Assembly: GCA_051294375.1 (NCBI GenBank)
Contig: JBJCIZ010000239.1
Coordinates: forward strand, 801,721-865,720
Direction of reading: 5' to 3'
Length of the DNA stretch: 64,000 nucleotides
DNA from: Paraspadella gotoi
Lineage: Eukaryota > Animalia > Chaetognatha
This document shows positions 59,059 through 64,000 of the stretch, in pieces (position 1 is the stretch's first letter; the number at the start of each line of letters is the position of its first letter). The position numbers and the translations under genes are program-made. The notes under the pieces were generated by a model. That model did no database searches, had not been told where the DNA came from, and saw nothing but the letters and a program-made list of their open reading frames with translations.

Positions 59059-59226
59059 CTGATTGGTTAGGGATGGGTTAATGATGGGTTAGTGACAAGT
59101 TAGTGATGGATTAGCGAAAGGGGAAGTGATGTTGTGTTAAGGAATGTCAAGAAATGTCATAAATATAGAGAATGAGTGGTTAAGAAAAGACACACATCAC
59201 TCAGACTGACTCATCTTGAAACTGAC

Positions 59227-59328
59227 CTCGCGGCGGAGTGCCATCCGCTTCGTGATGAAAGGCGCCATTGCCACTTGTTGCCATTTCCGGAGTCTGTTGT
59301 CCCAAGTAACTCCACCGTTTGTTGCTCA
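59227..59328 (-). CDS. BAIAP2: IRSp53-like internal exon
   Basis: ttccctccAG|TG AGC ... CGA G|gtcag reads VSNKRWSYLGQQTPEMATSGNGAFHHEADGTPPR. Phases match both neighbours. Confidence 0.7.
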
Positions 59329-59649
59329 CTGGAGGGAAATTTTGATCTTTTTAATAAATAATATGGTAGTTTATTTCATGTCAAGAATTTGATACAGCGA
59401 CACACAATTAATTTAAGTCTGACCCTCCCCAAACAGAAAAGTAAAACGAAAACAAACGTTAATAATAAAGTATTTCAAAGTTATTGTACAAATAAATAAT
59501 AAATTTGTATTTATAATCATTAATATAGGTATTACTAACTAATAGAACACCAAAGAGTTTATTTTCATTATGAAAGATTATGAAATATTATAATGTGTAA
59601 AATATATTTAAAATAATTTAAGCCTTTCTGGTAATTATATTATTTGTAC

Positions 59650-59723
59650 CTGCGTCATGCTCCATAAATTGATTCGACGGCATCGCCTGGTTTTGACCCA
59701 AAGCCATGGACGATGGACGTTGT
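59650..59723 (-). CDS. BAIAP2: IRSp53-like internal exon
   Basis: (CT)n-gacAG|A CAA CGT ... GCA G|gtac reads QRPSSMALGQNQAMPSNQFMEHDA. QRPSSMA resembles the recalled QRPYSVA segment of vertebrate IRSp53. Confidence 0.7.
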
Positions 59724-61017
59724 CTGTCAGAGAGAGAGAGAGAGAGAGAGAGAGTAGGGGAGGGGCAGAAGTAGAGTAGACCCGTGTTCTTTCTCAGTTT
59801 ACGTTCAGTTTTGCTTTTAAAAAAAAAGTTCTCGAGCCGAGAAGAGAGAGAGAGAGAGAGAGACAGATCGAGAGAGAACAGGAAAGAACGAGAACCAAGA
59901 GAGAGAGAGAGAGAGAGAGAGCTCTTAAATAAGAACCAACTCGAACTAAGCGACGCATTTAATACGCGGGAACGAGAGAGAGAAAAAAAATTCAACGAAA
60001 TTTAAAGAACTAGTTGAAATTTAAAAAAAATTACTATCCAGTTTGAGTCCGTTAAATACAACACAAACTGGACCCAGTAAAAAAAAAAAACAAAAACAAA
60101 CTTGGTTTGAAACCAACAAAAAAAAAAAATCTTTGATATCTCACATTATTTGCGCCATTGGCATTTTGAGATAAAATAATTTTATCAAAACAATATTAAT
60201 CTCTAGTTTCCGAAACATAAAAAAAAACATTTTTTTTTTTTAAAAGGTAAACGCTTGTTAGTTAAAAAAAAATCCTCGGATATTGTTATATTTCCGTCAA
60301 TGTGGTAACGAAGCTAAAAAAAATTTGTTTTTATTGTGTAACCAGAATTCTTGTTCTTTTTTTAATCTTTTTTTAATCCTTAGATCGAAGTCGCCCGACT
60401 TTTCCTTTCTAGTTTTACCAAAACCTCTTTGATTTCCAAAATTGATAACGAAAAAAAAAAAAAAAAAACGCTCAAACGCCTGACTAAACGATAATAATCT
60501 ACGCTCGTAAAGGTCATTACTCTATATAAAAATACCGAACAAACCTCGATAAAAAAAAATTTAAAAAAAATCTGATTTTTCTCTCGCGACAAAGAAAAAA
60601 CAAGAGAAAAAAACAAAAGGACACAAAAAAAAACGAAAAGAGAATAAGAAATAAAATAAGTAAACGCGATCCCGTGAGAGGCCAGTGGTTTGCCTTGCCC
60701 GTTTGCGTGTTATCGGGAAAAAAAAAAAGCTCACACAATTGGGGGTTTTAACAATTGGTCAAGATATCACAGAACGACAAGTCGAAGTTTGAAGCCTCGC
60801 CAACGACAACACCAACGAAAATATTTAAAAAAAAAAAAAATCGCAATAAGAATTAAAACTACGGAATCAACAATGAAGTTCTTCTTAATTTAAATAAAAT
60901 AAAATAATATTTTATTTATATTAAAACCTCTCGCATCTTCCAAAATTCTGCAATACTATCAAACTTTATTAATCAATCAAATTTATTGTTAATTTTATCT
61001 TTTCCTTTTGTTTCATT

Positions 61018-61225
61018 TTTAGTTGCGCCGCGAGTACTCGCAGAGGAACTATAAGTCACTTTTCGGATCTGTCTGTCGGCCGGTCCTTCGGTCGGTCGGG
61101 ATGTCTGTCCGTCAGTCTGTCCCACTTACGTTAAGAACGCATATAATTTGCCTCTAGTTGATGATTGCTCATTTGTTAAAGACAGAAAAAAAAAAACCTC
61201 AAATCTAAGTGTCAGCTAGCGCATG
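61018..61225 (+). mobile_element. Helentron-associated / DINE-1-like element (family representative)
   Basis: ttttAGTTGCgccGCGAGTACTCGCagagGAACTataagtcacttttcgg followed by a (GTCY)n microsatellite and a conserved core. Relatives at ~10740-10900, 22165-22235(-), 26190-26350(-), 40452-40525, 48750-48955, 49050-49215(-) and 52785-52985(-). Confidence 0.55.
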
Positions 61226-61442
61226 TCGTGTCATGTAGCGTAATGTCATGTAATTTCATGTCACGTCACGAAAAATACTCGCGATGAGGCAGTCACTGCG
61301 GCGCAACACATTTGAATTACTTTTTTTAATATATATATATTTTTCCTTTCTTTTCGATTTCATCTGCCATAACGACAACGACGACAACAACGACAGCGCA
61401 TTTCCTCTCGTGATTATCACCACCATTGTCATCGTCATCGTT

Positions 61443-61477
<35 letters not shown>

Positions 61478-63896
61478 CCTGCAGCCTCTCCCAAATTCTT
61501 GTGTCGGACATGAATCAGAAACAAGAGGCCAACGGACCTAGCCTAATTCATGAATCAACGCTGGGACATTCAGAAACTTCTTTTCTTTTTTCCTGATTAA
61601 ATTTGAATTTCTAGACTGAATGAGTCCATACTGGATTCAAAGGGGTTCGGCCAAAGCGAGTTTTTCGTTTTGAAGGAAGTGCTAGGATTAATATCGATGA
61701 CAAAATTTATTTAATTAGTCGGCTTAACTTAATCGAATATTGAATGTAAGCCCGAATTACAAAAAGAGGAAAAAGAGGTGTATGATGTAGGTAATGAATG
61801 AAACGTAACAAAATGAAGAACAAGAAGAACTAGGGGCCCATTAAGGGTTACACTAATAAATTAATATGAATAAGTAATGGAATGAACAAATTAATGAAAA
61901 AAAAATATAACGAGAAAGCAAGCGAATAAAAATTATTAATTAGATATATAAATAAACATAGTTTAATCAAAACGACGAAGCAGAATGAATAAAATAATGA
62001 GTAAAATTTTTGAAGAAAAATAAATATAAAAGCTATCTCTCTCTCTCTCTCTCTCTCGGTTCTTTGGTATTCTCAAATGTTTTCTACCGTTAACTTATTC
62101 TTCGGACTTATCGGTTCTCAACCTACTGTACACTCTAAAATACGGATTAGACTATTCTAATTCTCATCTCTCATCCCACCTACAAAAACCATAAAATGAA
62201 CCGGTAGATTTCCAGTGTCAAAGTTCTGTAACGAAATGGGGGTTGGCTCGTGATCTCTGGCACTGTTTGTTTAGTGACACGTATCGTATATGTATATGGT
62301 GTCGGTGAGTGCGTATCGGTGGTTGGACTTCTCAGGCGAGTAGAGTGCAGTATGCGCGAGGAGGTTTCGATGTGAAGTCCACGACACGGGACTCCGCGCA
62401 AGACAGTCGTGTGAAGGCGGGAATGCGGGCGTGGGTCGAGCCACGGCATTGAACCTGGAGCAGAGCGCAGGGGCTCGAGTCATCAGTGAGCAGCATTGTA
62501 CGCAGCGCGAGCGAGGAGACAGGACCGCCGAGCACCGTCCGCGCCTCAGAAACAAGCAAGAGTGGACGAGAGACCGGAAATGGCGGATCTACGGATGGTT
62601 CAGCCAGCACTCTCCTCGTTTGCTGGGAGTTTGAGGGGTAGCGAGACTGCGCACGTACGAGGAATTCTATATGATGTGAAGAGAGCTTTGATAGATGGAG
62701 CGAGCGAGGAGATCCATGGTGAGGTGTCTACGCAGCACAAAACAAGGGGAAGACGGGGATAGGGCTGAGACCGATCCGAAGAGAACGAAGGGTGACGGAG
62801 TCAAGGAAGGGAGAACGGCAATCGAGGAGGAGAAGAGAGCACGCACGAGATGGGCGTAGAGAGCACATCTGTTTCCTTATCGTGCAATTTTACGCGCTTT
62901 GAGCACAAAATATAATTATTATTCACTCGTAGTAGATGCGCTTAAAAGTAATCATCCTGGATATCGCTCACTCTTGTTTGCGCTCTTATGTCTGCATCTA
63001 TGTCAGTTCACTTGAGAGAGGAAATATAGCTTAATATAGCGCCAACTCCGCCGCGTGCTGTTTCGACGTACTGGTTCTTAAGTCGAGAGTCGAAAGCAGT
63101 GAGTTTAGCGGTTGCTACGAGTGTCTTGAGTAGCAGAGACGTGCGCGTCACCGTCGGCTATATATGACGATAATCTCTTGAAACAGTTTTATGCCTAATG
63201 CTGGTAAAAAATTTCGAAAAACGCCCGAGGGCCCCACGCCACCCTCCACTTCGCGTCGCTAAGGTGACCGTCACACAAATATTTATCGAGGTGACCCGTG
63301 GTGAATGATTCAGGGTTGGAAGTGAGTTAAAGGATTGTGAAAGATTGGGTTGAAGATGTGAATGAACGAAAATAACGGTGACTCGTGTGAAAGGAAATTA
63401 AGAAATGTGATTAAAACTAAGAAAGAGTTGATTCACATGTAGCAGTACCAATATAAGTACGGCTACTTAAAAGAAAATACGAAAATAGTTGAATTAAGTT
63501 TAATTTTGTGATTCATATATTTAAAAATTCAATCATTGAAAAGTGATTCATTGACAAAAAATTATCTTTTAGCGGACCCATAATTTTTTAATTAACCGTT
63601 GAAAAAAAATATTCTGGCGGTAATTCTACTAAATTAGCTTAGAAAGAAAAAAAAAGAAAATAAATTTAAGCGGTTGGACAGTAACAAGCGGTTTTAACAG
63701 TCTAGATTTTAATTTACGATTTTGGTAATAAAAATTAATAGAAACTGACCCGAAGAACAGAAAAAAAAAACAAACAAACAACGAGAACGTGCTAATTAGT
63801 AAAGAGAGAATAAAAGCTTAGCAGCCAAGAATACTGTTGATAATTGAACAAGAAACAAGCTTTGATTGTAAGGAAAAAGTGAGAGAGAGAGAGACG

Positions 63897-63936
<40 letters not shown>

Positions 63937-64000
63937 GAGAGAGAGAGAGAAGAGAGAGAGTAGAGAAGAGAGGAGAAAAAGTTAGAGAAGAAGAGAGAGA

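Noticed and set aside
62180-63300. GC-richer block with short ORFs
   Set aside because: It has no recognisable motifs or consistent splice phases and looks like low-quality read sequence.

Overview
Intron-rich, AT-rich eukaryotic (probably invertebrate animal) draft-assembly DNA with N gaps, many (GA)n/(GAC)n microsatellites and long error-rich stretches. Four genes were reconstructed by hand from GT-AG junctions. (1) 5' part of a minus-strand SLC16/monocarboxylate-transporter gene (1-3088). (2, 3) Two tandem plus-strand 9-exon FAAH2-like amidase-signature genes (27983-32335 and 32709-38033). (4) 3' part of a minus-strand IRSp53/BAIAP2-like gene that appears to have two alternative last exons about 20 kb apart (58523-58583 and 38525-38597). 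About half the window consists of multi-kb inverted or direct duplications whose copies differ mainly by 1-bp indels. These are most likely long-read gap-filling or amplification artefacts rather than biology. Dispersed non-autonomous repeats include a Helentron/DINE-1-like family, a ~320-bp hairpin-bearing family and a TTAGGG-like family. Most listed ORFs are spurious microsatellite translations. I could not support a wholly new system. The best biological leads are the alternative IRSp53 C-termini and a codon-conserved 9-aa repeat just past the stop of amidase gene 2.
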